From an uncultured Gammaproteobacteria bacterium (GTDB lineage: Bacteria > Patescibacteriota > Patescibacteriia > Magasanikbacterales > UBA922): 64,000 bases of DNA. Where the stretch lies: positions 248 through 64,247 of the forward strand of contig CAZMHV010000004.1 in the NCBI GenBank assembly GCA_964566225.1. The letters run 5' to 3'. The notes under the pieces are model-generated. The model was given only the letters and a program-made list of their open reading frames with translations. It ran no database searches and was not told the origin of the DNA. Both the position numbers and the translations under genes were made by a program. Position 1 is the stretch's first letter. Each line of letters begins with the position of its first letter. Shown here piece after piece: positions 20,245 to 30,021 of this stretch.

Positions 20245-21011
20245 TATATTGGAAGACGGTCCCTGTAGGCATTCCATCCAGATTGTTGGTATATTTTTGC
20301 AGTGGTTTTTGGGTCGTTGCTTTCTGTTATTCCTCTTCCAACAATAATGATGTCACTTTGACTTTGTGTAATTACGCTTTGCGGAGTTTTAAATTGTTGG
20401 CCATGTTTGTCTGTGCCAGCCTCGAGTTGTACCCCTGGAGTCATATAAATAAATTCGTCTCCAGCGAGTTTTTTGGTAGAAATAAAACCCATGACAAAGT
20501 CTTTGTGCGTTTCAGCCATGGCAATGCTTTTGGTGGTGTACTCACCTGTCGCCAAATTTCCCTGGGGAGACATTTCAGCGAGCAGTAAAAGTCCATTTTG
20601 TTTGGGGAGGCCAATTTCTTGGAGTGCTTCAATACTGCCAGGGCCAGCCACGGTGTGCGTGTTGGTAATGTGTGCCCAGTCTGCAATATGATAGATGCCG
20701 TGTTGGTATTGGAGTTGCACTGTTTTGCCAATGTCTGCAAATTTGCGGTCTTCAAAAATGAGAAAGTTGTGTGTGACGGCAAGCTCTTGCAATTTGGTAA
20801 TAAACTCTGGTGAAAAATCTTCGACAATGTCGATGTGTGTTTTGAAAATACAAATGTGGGGGCCGGTAGCTTTGGCAAGTTCGAGAATTTTTTTAGCATG
20901 AATAAAATCCGCTGCCACGCAGAGGTTGGTTTGTTTTTGTTCCATTATGGTGAGGAGTTTTTTGGCAGTTGGATTGTGTACGAGGGGGATGCGGGCGGCG
21001 TAGGTGAGCAT
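20244..21011 (-). CDS. pyrF: orotidine-5'-phosphate decarboxylase
   Basis: Motif FEDRKFADIGKTV (DxKxxDIxxT) and typical OMPdecase length. Last gene of the pyrD-pyrE-pyrF string. Confidence 0.8.
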   Translation of the reverse strand: MLTYAARIPLVHNPTAKKLLTIMEQKQTNLCVAADFIHAKKILELAKATGPHICIFKTHIDIVEDFSPEFITKLQELAVTHNFLIFEDRKFADIGKTVQLQYQHGIYHIADWAHITNTHTVAGPGSIEALQEIGLPKQNGLLLLAEMSPQGNLATGEYTTKSIAMAETHKDFVMGFISTKKLAGDEFIYMTPGVQLEAGTDKHGQQFKTPQSVITQSQSDIIIVGRGITESNDPKTTAKIYQQSGWNAYRDRLPI

Positions 21012-21012
21012 A

Positions 21013-21627
21013 TTATCTTTGAACAGGTTTTACTTGATTTTGAGCGAGGAATTGCTTTACGCTGTGGAAAGTTTCTTCGTCCACTTTTCCTGCATCTTTC
21101 AGAGAAAGAAGAATTTCACTGATAGGCATTACGGCGTGAAGGGTATATCCTTTTTCTGTAAGGTTTGCTTTGCCACCTTGTTCTCTATCAACAAGGACAA
21201 CAATATCTGTTACTTTGAGGCCTGCTTCCTCAAGTGGGGCAATAGTTTCAAACACACTGGTACCACTCGTAACTAAATCTTCAATGACCAAAACATTTTG
21301 ACCTGGTTCATATTTTCCTTCAAGCAACTTTTTGAGACCATAATCTTTTTTTTCTTTTCTTCGAATGACCATGGGTTTGTTGTGGAGAACAGAAATGACG
21401 GTTGCAAATGGGAGTGCTGTATATGGCACGCCACAAATAAGATCATATGGAACGTGTTCTATTTCTTTGTACATGAACTCAGAAATTTCTTTCATAATTT
21501 CTGGGTAGGAAATAGACATTTTTAAATCAAGATAAATGGGTGAAACAACTCCACTGACGAGTGTGAAGGCACCAAATTTGATAGCACCAATTTCAAAGAG
21601 TTTGAGAGCGAGTTCTTGTTTGGTCAT
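21013..21627 (-). CDS. pyrE: orotate phosphoribosyltransferase
   Basis: PRPP-binding motif VLVIEDLVTSGTSV. 204 aa. Confidence 0.85.
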   Translation of the reverse strand: MTKQELALKLFEIGAIKFGAFTLVSGVVSPIYLDLKMSISYPEIMKEISEFMYKEIEHVPYDLICGVPYTALPFATVISVLHNKPMVIRRKEKKDYGLKKLLEGKYEPGQNVLVIEDLVTSGTSVFETIAPLEEAGLKVTDIVVLVDREQGGKANLTEKGYTLHAVMPISEILLSLKDAGKVDEETFHSVKQFLAQNQVKPVQR

Positions 21628-22712
21628 AGTAATATGTTACAATTTTTTCCAACAGCTTGTTGGATGTGAGTAAATCCATCTTGTTCAAGAAGTTGTATGA
21701 GGCCAGTATTTATTTTTTTTACAATACTTGGTCCCTCGTAAATAAGTCCTGTGTAAATTTCTACGAGTGAGGCTCCGGCTTTGATTTTTTCGTACGCATC
21801 TGCAGCTGTAAAAATTCCACCGACTCCAATAATAGGAATGCTACCATGACTTTGTGTGTACAAAAATTGTATCACCTCGGTTGATCTTTTTTGGAGTGGC
21901 AAACCACTGAGGCCACCGGTTTCAGATTTTTTTTCTGACTTCAAAAATTCAGGTCGTTCAATGGTGGTATTGGTTGCGACAATTCCATTTAAATCTGTTG
22001 CTTTGACTACTTCTATCACATCGAGCAATTGATTGTTATTTAAGTCTGGTGCGATTTTTACGAGGAGAGGGAGCTCTGATCGCCCGTGTTCATTTTTATA
22101 ACTCACGAGTGTTTGCAAAAGCTCAGTGAGGGTACTTTTATCTTGGAGTTCGCGTAATCCTGGAGTGTTCGGTGAACTCACATTGACTACGCACATGTCC
22201 ATGTGAGGGAGGAGCATTTGAAATGTTTGCACGTAATTTTGTGTTGCATTTTTATTTTCAATATTTTTATTTTTGCCAATGTTGATTACTCTCACCATGG
22301 AACTGGGCTTTGACAGTGAAAAATTTTTGAGCAAAGTTTCTGCACCATTTCCATTAAATCCCATGCGGTTGATGATTGCTGCATCTTTCACCAGGCGAAA
22401 CAAGCGTGGGCGAGGATTCCCAGGTTGTGGTTCAAGCGTCACGGTTCCAAACTCTGCAAACCCAAAACCTAAGTGACTTAAAAATGAAATCATCTCAGCA
22501 TTTTTATCAAAGCCTGCAGCTAGGCCAACTGGATTTTTGAATTCTTTGCCAAAAATATTGATATGCAATTTTGGATTTTCAAATGTATAGAGAGCTCTCA
22601 AAATTTGAGATGAAAAAGGAATGTCACTTACTTTTTTGGTGAGGGATTTCATTTTTTCATGTGCTTGTTCTGCATCAAGCTTGAAGAGCAGGGGACGAAT
22701 CCATGAGTACAT
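21624..22712 (-). CDS. pyrD: dihydroorotate dehydrogenase (class 2-like, ~360 aa)
   Basis: GLAAGFDKN, NxGxNG and C-terminal GIGGIFTAADAYEKIKAGASLVEIYTG motifs. 4-nt overlap with pyrE. Confidence 0.85.
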   Translation of the reverse strand: MYSWIRPLLFKLDAEQAHEKMKSLTKKVSDIPFSSQILRALYTFENPKLHINIFGKEFKNPVGLAAGFDKNAEMISFLSHLGFGFAEFGTVTLEPQPGNPRPRLFRLVKDAAIINRMGFNGNGAETLLKNFSLSKPSSMVRVINIGKNKNIENKNATQNYVQTFQMLLPHMDMCVVNVSSPNTPGLRELQDKSTLTELLQTLVSYKNEHGRSELPLLVKIAPDLNNNQLLDVIEVVKATDLNGIVATNTTIERPEFLKSEKKSETGGLSGLPLQKRSTEVIQFLYTQSHGSIPIIGVGGIFTAADAYEKIKAGASLVEIYTGLIYEGPSIVKKINTGLIQLLEQDGFTHIQQAVGKNCNILL

Positions 22713-22714
22713 AC

Positions 22715-24037
22715 TTATTGAAGTTCAGTCAAACTCTTGGGCTCAAAAAATTTGTGAAATTCTTCTTCGTTCATAATGTTTTGCTCTTGGACTATGTCTT
22801 TCAGTTTCTTTTTTTCTGCAACTGCTTTTTTGACGAGTGCTGCTGTTTGATCGTACCCAATTTTTGGTGAAAGTGCTGTGGCCATGCATAAACTTTTTTG
22901 AAAGAGTTCTTCACATTTTTCAGTATTGGCTTCGAGTGTGGTGAGGCAGAGTGTAATAAATTGCGTAAGTCCGGTGGTAAGCAGGGTAATTGATTCACAA
23001 ATATTTTTGGAAACAATTGGCAGCATCACATTGAGTTCGAGTTGCCCAGCCTGCGTAGCCATGAGAATGGTTTGGTTGTTGCCAATTACTTGGAAGCAAA
23101 TTTGGTTCATCATTTCGGCCATAACTGGATTAACTTTGCCAGGCATAATTGAAGAGCCTTTTTGTATTTCTGGTAAGTAAATTTCACCAATGCCAGCAAG
23201 TGGGCCTGAACCAAGTAAACGCAAGTCATTCATCATTTTAATAAGATTTGCCGCGAGCAAGGTGAGCACTCCACTTACTTCTAAAAATGCATCAGGATAT
23301 TGTGTAGCCGCGATTAAATTTGGTGAAGCAAAAACTGGATACCCAGAAATATTTTTGAGGGCTTCGGTGGCAAATTCAATATACGCACGTGAACCAGTGA
23401 GCCCTGTGCCAACGGCAGACCCACCGAGGTTGAGTTCGTACAAAGATTTTTTTACATGTTCAAGTCGTTGCTTATCATGTTTCACGCGGTAAGCATGTGC
23501 TCCAAATTCTTGCCCAAGCGTAATGGGCACAGCATCTTGTAAGTGAGTGCGGCCAACTTTGATAATATCTCCAAATGTAACCGATTTTTTTTCAAGTTCA
23601 GTACCAAAAATTTCATACACGGCAATAAGTTTGTCGAGCAGTTGGAGCGTGGTAATTTTCATGGCAGTAGGGATCACGTCGTTGGTGGACTGTGACATAT
23701 TCACGTGATCATTTGGGTGCACTCTTTCACCCGTTGCCAAAATTTCTGTGGCACGTGAGGCAATTACTTCGTTCACATTCATGTGCATGGAAGTCCCTGC
23801 TCCACCTTGAATTTGATCCACCACAAACTGTTCTTGCCACTGTCCATTCAAAATTTCTTGACTGGCTTGCTTAATTGCCTCGGCCATTTGTTGGCTCAGG
23901 CGTCCTTCTTGTTTGTGTCCCTCTGCAGTAGCATATTTCACCATAGCAATACTTTGGGCGAGAGTAAATGAAAATGGTGTGCCAGAAATGATAAAATTTT
24001 GTAATGCCTTTTCTGTTTCTTTTTGGTAGAGTTGCAT
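22715..24037 (-). CDS. fumarate-lyase-family enzyme (aspartate ammonia-lyase / class II fumarase)
   Basis: Signature GSSIMPGKVNPV. The NPV variant favours aspartase over FumC, but I cannot discriminate with certainty. Confidence 0.8.
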   Translation of the reverse strand: MQLYQKETEKALQNFIISGTPFSFTLAQSIAMVKYATAEGHKQEGRLSQQMAEAIKQASQEILNGQWQEQFVVDQIQGGAGTSMHMNVNEVIASRATEILATGERVHPNDHVNMSQSTNDVIPTAMKITTLQLLDKLIAVYEIFGTELEKKSVTFGDIIKVGRTHLQDAVPITLGQEFGAHAYRVKHDKQRLEHVKKSLYELNLGGSAVGTGLTGSRAYIEFATEALKNISGYPVFASPNLIAATQYPDAFLEVSGVLTLLAANLIKMMNDLRLLGSGPLAGIGEIYLPEIQKGSSIMPGKVNPVMAEMMNQICFQVIGNNQTILMATQAGQLELNVMLPIVSKNICESITLLTTGLTQFITLCLTTLEANTEKCEELFQKSLCMATALSPKIGYDQTAALVKKAVAEKKKLKDIVQEQNIMNEEEFHKFFEPKSLTELQ

Positions 24038-24048
24038 AGTAGAAAAGT

Positions 24049-25335
24049 TTACAGTGGACTACTCAAAGTATATTGATTGAGTGCCAAGTTTCCAGGTCCA
24101 CCGAGAGAAGTCACTTCTTTGATGGCAGCAACTGGGTCACCGACTTGCAGGGAGTCAATATTTTCTTTTACGGTTTGATAAGCATCACGAAATGGCATGC
24201 CTTCTTTTACATATCTGTTTGCTTGATGCACAGCAAAGAGTTCTGGTGTAAATGAATTCATGAGCTTGTCAGTTTTGGGTGTGATGTGTTGCATGACGAG
24301 TGAGAGTACTTCAAGACTGCGACGAGTAATGCCAAGGCCCTTGATGAGAGGTTCTTTACTGAGCTGTGTGTCACGGTTATACCCAGAGATTAAGTTTTTA
24401 CAAATATCTTTGACTTGGGTTTGGAGTCCCACAATCACATTCACATTACTGCGTACGATTTCAAAAATATCGGGGTTGCGTTTTTGTGGCATGATACTGG
24501 AGCCAGTGGTGAATTCAATTGGCAAGTTGAAAAAATCAAATTCAGGAGTGGTGAACCAAATCATTTCATTGGCCAAGCGTCCAAGGGTCATCATGATTTG
24601 TGTGCACACTGAGAGGATGTAACTTTCTGTACTCCCACGACTGTTGACTGCGTAGAGTGAGTTGACCTGGGTTTTGCCAAAGCCGAGGAGTTTGGTGGTG
24701 TAGTCACGATCTGTTGGGAGGTTTACTCCAAACCCTGCTGCTGCGCCGAGTGGATTTTGATCATTGAGACGGTAGGCAGTTTCCAAAATCATGTGGTTGT
24801 TGATGAGTTCTTCGAGGTATGCAGCAGCCCAGTGACCAATGCTCGATGGCATGGCACGGCGGGTGTGGGTGTAGCCGGGCATGGGGATGAATTCGTAGGT
24901 GCGGGCTTTTTCCAAAAATATTTTTTGGAGATTCACAAGCTCGGCACTAATTTGTTTGAGTTTTTTTCGAGTATATAAACGAGTTGCTACCAGTACTTGG
25001 TCGTTACGTGATCTGCCTGTGTGAATTTTTTTCCCAAGGGGCCCAAGTTTTTCGACCAGATAATTTTCAATAGCAGTGTGGCAATCTTCGTCTGATTGTT
25101 TGATAATAAATTCACCTTTTGCATGAAGTTCAAGAATTTCATTGAGACTAAAAATAAGTTGGCTGAGCTCTTCACCTGTCAGAATTCCCATTTGTGCAAG
25201 CATTTTTGCATGTGCAATGGATGCTTCCACGTCAAATGGAACGAGACGCATGTCGAGTTCATAATCATTTCCTACTGTGTATTTTTCTACCATTGGGTGG
25301 AGTTTGGTTGATTCTACTTGCCAGAGTTTGGACAT
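24049..25335 (-). CDS. argH: argininosuccinate-lyase-like enzyme
   Basis: Signature GSSIMPQKRNPD. Same superfamily as the downstream lyase. No other arg genes in the window. Confidence 0.65.
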   Translation of the reverse strand: MSKLWQVESTKLHPMVEKYTVGNDYELDMRLVPFDVEASIAHAKMLAQMGILTGEELSQLIFSLNEILELHAKGEFIIKQSDEDCHTAIENYLVEKLGPLGKKIHTGRSRNDQVLVATRLYTRKKLKQISAELVNLQKIFLEKARTYEFIPMPGYTHTRRAMPSSIGHWAAAYLEELINNHMILETAYRLNDQNPLGAAAGFGVNLPTDRDYTTKLLGFGKTQVNSLYAVNSRGSTESYILSVCTQIMMTLGRLANEMIWFTTPEFDFFNLPIEFTTGSSIMPQKRNPDIFEIVRSNVNVIVGLQTQVKDICKNLISGYNRDTQLSKEPLIKGLGITRRSLEVLSLVMQHITPKTDKLMNSFTPELFAVHQANRYVKEGMPFRDAYQTVKENIDSLQVGDPVAAIKEVTSLGGPGNLALNQYTLSSPL

Positions 25336-25387
25336 ACGGGGATTTATTTTAAAAATAAATTTTGTTTGGTGTGTTTTTGGGGTCTTC

Positions 25388-25522
25388 GGGAGAGAGACTT
25401 TTTAAAAAATTTTTGGCTGCGGGATCGCTCTCACGAAGGTCCCTTCGCCCTGACGGGACTCGGGGGACCTTCGTGTATTCGCTAGGTCCTCGCTCAAAAA
25501 TTTTTTAAAAAGTCTCTCTCCC
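25388..25522. repeat. 28-bp perfect inverted repeat (25388-25415 / 25495-25522) enclosing a 79-bp GC-rich core with a nested 10-bp hairpin
   Basis: GGGAGAGAGACTTTTTAAAAAATTTTTG and its exact reverse complement. Inner hairpin CGAAGGTCCC...GGGACCTTCG. Confidence 0.6.
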
Positions 25523-25560
25523 TCCGAATTTGATTTTTACTTTTTTTGGATAATATTTTT

Positions 25561-26553
25561 TTACATTCTCTCCAAAATCGTTCTCCCATTCACAGATGCA
25601 ATATTCACAAGGTCAATAAAGTTGTAGTATCGGCAGGCTTCTTGCAGCATGCGCAGTTCAGTCCACATATCACCGTCTACAAATGGTTGGTAGTAGTCGT
25701 ATACATTGTCTATACCAAGGCCGACGAGTACGCCCGCTTCGAGCATTTCTGGCACATTGGCAATTGAATTGTGAACAGGTGAAGTAAATTGATCAAGTTG
25801 ACGCATGGCGAGGGCTGCTGAAGGGCAGACGACTACGGCAATGCCTGCGTCGGCGAGTTTTTTGTAGATTTCGCTTCGGTATTCTTTGGGTTGTGCTGCC
25901 GTAGAAATGGCGTGAATAGCCGTGACACGTCCTTGGTAGCCATGTTTGATGGTTTGTTCAATGAGTGTCTCGGTATCGCGTTCATTGGGGTTATTTTCTT
26001 GGTCAATATGTACGTGCATGGGTTTGTTTTGGTTTTTGGCGACACCAAAAAGCACATCATAGTGAGCAAGCATGTTTTCTGGTCTGTCTTTGGAAGGAAG
26101 TCCACCTACAATATCTGCCTTGGTAGTGATGGCTTCGTACAAATCTACGGCTTCTTTGTTGACCAGTCCTCCGAGGGGTTGTGTAATGGTGAGTAAGGTA
26201 ATTTGGTCTTTATATTTTTCTTTTACTTTCAGCGCTGCATTGATGGCCCGATGATCCACTGCTTCGTATGCATCAATAAAACTGCAGGTGAGGTTCACTC
26301 CTTGGGCAATCAAAATCTGAAGCCCTCGTTCAATACGCTCTTCAATCTGTTCTTCTGTGGAGGCACGTTTTAAACTGTCACTCATATTCCACTTTACCTC
26401 CATGTCGAGCATACTTTTGTCGAGTCCTTGTTTATCAATGTAAAAGGCTTTATCAAAATGTGCATGACAATTTACAAATCCTCCTCGATCGTTGATAGCT
26501 TTGAGCATGTGCTCTTTGAGGTTCCATGGTTCCATAAGGGTAATATTAAGCAA
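25561..26553 (-). CDS. amidohydrolase-superfamily protein, cytosine-deaminase-like
   Basis: N-terminal metal-binding HxH context VNCHAHFDKAF, internal His and Asp residues. True start may be the internal Met (MEPWNL). Confidence 0.5.
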   Translation of the reverse strand: MLNITLMEPWNLKEHMLKAINDRGGFVNCHAHFDKAFYIDKQGLDKSMLDMEVKWNMSDSLKRASTEEQIEERIERGLQILIAQGVNLTCSFIDAYEAVDHRAINAALKVKEKYKDQITLLTITQPLGGLVNKEAVDLYEAITTKADIVGGLPSKDRPENMLAHYDVLFGVAKNQNKPMHVHIDQENNPNERDTETLIEQTIKHGYQGRVTAIHAISTAAQPKEYRSEIYKKLADAGIAVVVCPSAALAMRQLDQFTSPVHNSIANVPEMLEAGVLVGLGIDNVYDYYQPFVDGDMWTELRMLQEACRYYNFIDLVNIASVNGRTILERM

Positions 26554-26590
26554 AAAAAAACGGCCAATCCACTAGGGGTTGGCCGTATAA
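26552..26590 (-). terminator. intrinsic terminator downstream of gatB (minus strand)
   Basis: CGGCCAA-CCCCTAGTGGA-TTGGCCG followed by T9 when read on the minus strand. Confidence 0.5.
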
Positions 26591-26682
26591 AATGATTCAA
26601 ATTGTGTTTCAGAAATAATCATATCCAACGCATTATATCAAGTTTGAAAGTGGTGCGCAAGGATAAGATATCCACTGAGTTT

Positions 26683-28290
26683 TTAGGCAGTAAGTTTTTC
26701 GCGAAGGAGCTTTTCTACTATCACTGGGTCAGCGGTTCCTTCGGTCGCTTTCATAACCATACCAATTAAAAATTTGATAATTGGATCTTTGCCAGATTTG
26801 AATTGTTCTACCTGTGCTGGGTAAGCCACAATAACTTCTTCAATTTTGAGCACCAAAACACCTTCGTCCGAAACCTGTCCATAGCCTTTGGTTTCCATTA
26901 TATGGGTTGGGTCCATATCCACTCCTGACTCAATCATATCGAGTAACAGTTTTTGTGCATTGGTGGAATTTATTTTGCTGGTATAAATAAGAGCAATAAA
27001 CTCTGCAAAATTTTCTGCTGAAATTTTTATATCTGTCACTGCCATATCACGTTCTTTGAGCAAGGCAAACAGTTTGGTGGTCACCCAACCACTCACCAAC
27101 TTGGCGATTTTACTGCGTTCTTCTTGAATTTGGGTTTCAGTTTTATTGGTGAGATCTTCAATCCAACTATCAGTTTCACTCATCACATTTTCAATAAAGT
27201 TCGCCAAATTTTTGTCTTCAGAAAAAAGTTTGGCATCGGCATACGAAAAGCCGTATTCGGTGTGAAAACGAGCACGTTTGGATTGTGGAAGTTCGGGCAG
27301 ATGTGTTCCTGCGGCAAGTTGTACTGGAGAAAATGGGGGAATATCTGGTTCTGGGAAATAGCGATAATCTGCTGCATTTTCTTTGACACGCTGCATGACG
27401 GTTTCACCCTTATCTTCATTCCATCCACGAGTTTGTTGGGGCCAGGTTTCACCAGCCTCGAGCAGTGATGTTTGTCTTTGAATTTCAAATTCAATGGCTT
27501 TTTCAACTGCTTTAAATGAGTTGATGTTTTTCACCTCAACTTTGTTGTTCAAAACATATCCGTCAAGGGGATTCACTCGTCCATTTACAATTTCAAATTT
27601 TCCGGTTTCTTGTACAGAAACATTGGCTTCGCAGCGCATCTGGCCTTTTTCCATGTCTGCATCACTTACACCGAGGCAGCGTAGGAGTGCGCGTAGTTCT
27701 TGGCAAAAGGTTTTTGCTTCGAGAGCGGTTTGAAAGTCAGGTTTCGTTACAATCTCTACAAGTGGTGTTCCTGATCGATTAAAATCTGCAAAGGTATTGC
27801 CTTCACTATCATGGAGCAGTCTTGCGGTATCTTCTTCAAGGTGTGCTCGTTCAATGCCAATAATGGCTACTTCACGAGGGTTTTCGTCTAAGAAAAACTC
27901 TAAGCGGAGTTTTCCATTTTCGGCAATAGGTTCGTCGTACTGTGAAATTTGGTATCCCTTGGCAAGGTCTGGATAAAAGTAGTGTTTGCGGTCAAATTTA
28001 GAGATTTCACGAATAGTACAGCCCAAAGCCTGACCAATAAGTACGGTCCAGATAATGGCTTGTTTGTTGGGTACTGGGAGCATACCAGGGTGGCCAAGGC
28101 AAATGCCACACACATTGGTATTGGGTTCTCGAATTTCTGGGTTATTGGCACAAGAGCAAAACATGCCGCTCTTGGTTTTGAGCTCTACATGGACTTCCAT
28201 TCCAATAATAGGGGTATATTTTGACATAGAGAAAGCAAAAAGAGGTGTCCTCACTATATCACTTCTTGGTTTGATTGAAAAGACCCCCAA
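26683..28290 (-). CDS. gatB: Asp/Glu-tRNA amidotransferase subunit B
   Basis: KYTPIIGMEVHVELKTKSGMFCSCAN...GHPGMLPVPNK N-terminus and C-terminal YqeY/GatB tail. True start is probably the internal Met at MSKYTPII. Confidence 0.85.
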   Translation of the reverse strand: MGVFSIKPRSDIVRTPLFAFSMSKYTPIIGMEVHVELKTKSGMFCSCANNPEIREPNTNVCGICLGHPGMLPVPNKQAIIWTVLIGQALGCTIREISKFDRKHYFYPDLAKGYQISQYDEPIAENGKLRLEFFLDENPREVAIIGIERAHLEEDTARLLHDSEGNTFADFNRSGTPLVEIVTKPDFQTALEAKTFCQELRALLRCLGVSDADMEKGQMRCEANVSVQETGKFEIVNGRVNPLDGYVLNNKVEVKNINSFKAVEKAIEFEIQRQTSLLEAGETWPQQTRGWNEDKGETVMQRVKENAADYRYFPEPDIPPFSPVQLAAGTHLPELPQSKRARFHTEYGFSYADAKLFSEDKNLANFIENVMSETDSWIEDLTNKTETQIQEERSKIAKLVSGWVTTKLFALLKERDMAVTDIKISAENFAEFIALIYTSKINSTNAQKLLLDMIESGVDMDPTHIMETKGYGQVSDEGVLVLKIEEVIVAYPAQVEQFKSGKDPIIKFLIGMVMKATEGTADPVIVEKLLREKLTA

Positions 28291-28307
28291 TAAGGGGGTC
28301 TCTGGTG

Positions 28308-29180
28308 TTATTTTTTAAGAGGATTTTTTTTGAGTTGGTCGTACAGAATCAGTGAAGGAAGGTATATAATGGGAATGGCTATAAAAAAGTTGATAAGAAA
28401 TGCTATGACAAAGTCGCTCAAGGCTGCGGCATTTTCACCATATTGAATTCGAATAACAAGGGTGATAATCGAGAGCAAGCCATATATACCCATGAGCAAG
28501 GCTTCTGGGGCAAAGAGTCGCCAACAAACACTCCACCAGCGACCTTCGATGAGTGATCGACTGTATTCAAAGGCATCTTTGACTTCTTTTTTGTCAAAAA
28601 TAACAGCATTAAATGTCATACTAAACAAAACAGAAAAGTATATAGCATGTACGAGACCATACAGAATTAGAAATACGAAAAAATATTCCAATACTCCACG
28701 AACCTCTCTCACTGCTATGTTTTGGGCAACAATGTTATTTGAAAATGAGTAAAAAAGTTCTGGAGTTTGTTTGCCAAACAATCCTATAATTCCTATAACT
28801 AGAGGGAAAGATGTAAAAATTCCAGATGCGATTGAAGCTAAAATTGAACGTATGGTAACTGATTTTGCCTCGGCGAGAGTTTGTCGGTAGGGATGTATTT
28901 TTTCGTGGTGGAGTACCTCTCTGAGGTGAAATTCATATCCAATTAAAAATTGAAATGAAAAAAACAAAACAATGACAAAACATATAATTCCGAGGCCCCA
29001 GGCAATAACCTGTCCCCACATGCCAGGAAAGACCGTTCCAATAATGAGTGCTGGGATTAATAAAAGAGAAAAAAGTGCTGTAATACCGAGCGACATGATC
29101 ATGTATTGGTTCAGCGGACGGAAAAATTTCTTATAGGTATCTAAAGAAATTTTAATCATTTCTCGAACAGAAGTAAGCAT
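28308..29180 (-). CDS. polytopic membrane protein (paralog of the next gene)
   Basis: 290 aa. N-terminus MLTSVREMIKISLDTYKKFFRP parallels MLPSPLELIKRSLDLYKKNKNLF of 29188..29934. Confidence 0.5.
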   Translation of the reverse strand: MLTSVREMIKISLDTYKKFFRPLNQYMIMSLGITALFSLLLIPALIIGTVFPGMWGQVIAWGLGIICFVIVLFFSFQFLIGYEFHLREVLHHEKIHPYRQTLAEAKSVTIRSILASIASGIFTSFPLVIGIIGLFGKQTPELFYSFSNNIVAQNIAVREVRGVLEYFFVFLILYGLVHAIYFSVLFSMTFNAVIFDKKEVKDAFEYSRSLIEGRWWSVCWRLFAPEALLMGIYGLLSIITLVIRIQYGENAAALSDFVIAFLINFFIAIPIIYLPSLILYDQLKKNPLKK

Positions 29181-29187
29181 AAAAAGA

Positions 29188-29934
29188 TTAGAGATTTTTT
29201 AATTTTTTCAGTTCATTGTACAGCAGTGTTGTGGTACCTGCTGAAACAGGTACGGTAATCATTTCAATGACAATGGAAAGAATAGAACCAATAAGTTTAA
29301 CTGCAGATACTAGAAAAGTCCAAGAAGCGACTGCATGTAAGAGAAGTTGTAAAATAAATGAGAGTATAAATTGAGCAAAAATTGTTACGATTACCACTAA
29401 GAACGTTGTGCACAGTAAAATCCATAAAACATCCCACCATTGTCCTTTGATAAGTCTTTTACTGAAGTGAAGTGCCTCTGTACCCCGTTTGTTATCAAGA
29501 ATAAGTGCATACACTGAGTAAAAATACCAAATAGAAAAAATAATTCCTGGGATGATAAAGAGAATAATCCCTCCAAATACGCAAAGTGCCGTGAGGGCGA
29601 CCACTATGAGTGCTGGGAAAACAAGGCGTATTGAACTGATAAGTTCTGTTTTGAGTGAAGGTGTTGGGGTATTTTGAATTTTACTTTGAATAATACGGAT
29701 AAAAGAGATACTTGCATAGAGGGTCAGTATATACAAAATAAAGAGTACCGTAGCCGCTCCTGCCATGGAAGAAAGTGGAGAATCTGGACTAAAACGAGGA
29801 GCAAAATAAATACGAAAGAGTCCTGAAAGAACAATAGGTATGGTCAAAATAAAAGTAGCAGAGAGAAAAAGATTTTTATTTTTTTTATATAAATCAAGAC
29901 TTCGTTTGATGAGTTCAAGAGGAGATGGAAGCAT
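29188..29934 (-). CDS. polytopic membrane protein (paralog of the previous gene)
   Basis: 248 aa with the same topology pattern. Confidence 0.5.
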   Translation of the reverse strand: MLPSPLELIKRSLDLYKKNKNLFLSATFILTIPIVLSGLFRIYFAPRFSPDSPLSSMAGAATVLFILYILTLYASISFIRIIQSKIQNTPTPSLKTELISSIRLVFPALIVVALTALCVFGGIILFIIPGIIFSIWYFYSVYALILDNKRGTEALHFSKRLIKGQWWDVLWILLCTTFLVVIVTIFAQFILSFILQLLLHAVASWTFLVSAVKLIGSILSIVIEMITVPVSAGTTTLLYNELKKLKNL

Positions 29935-30021
29935 AGAAACAAATTAAAAATCCAAGACTCCAAAGAGTCTGGCTGTAGTATATCAAATTTTTGGTCAAGA
30001 AAAAAGAGCTTTGACTTCGGT

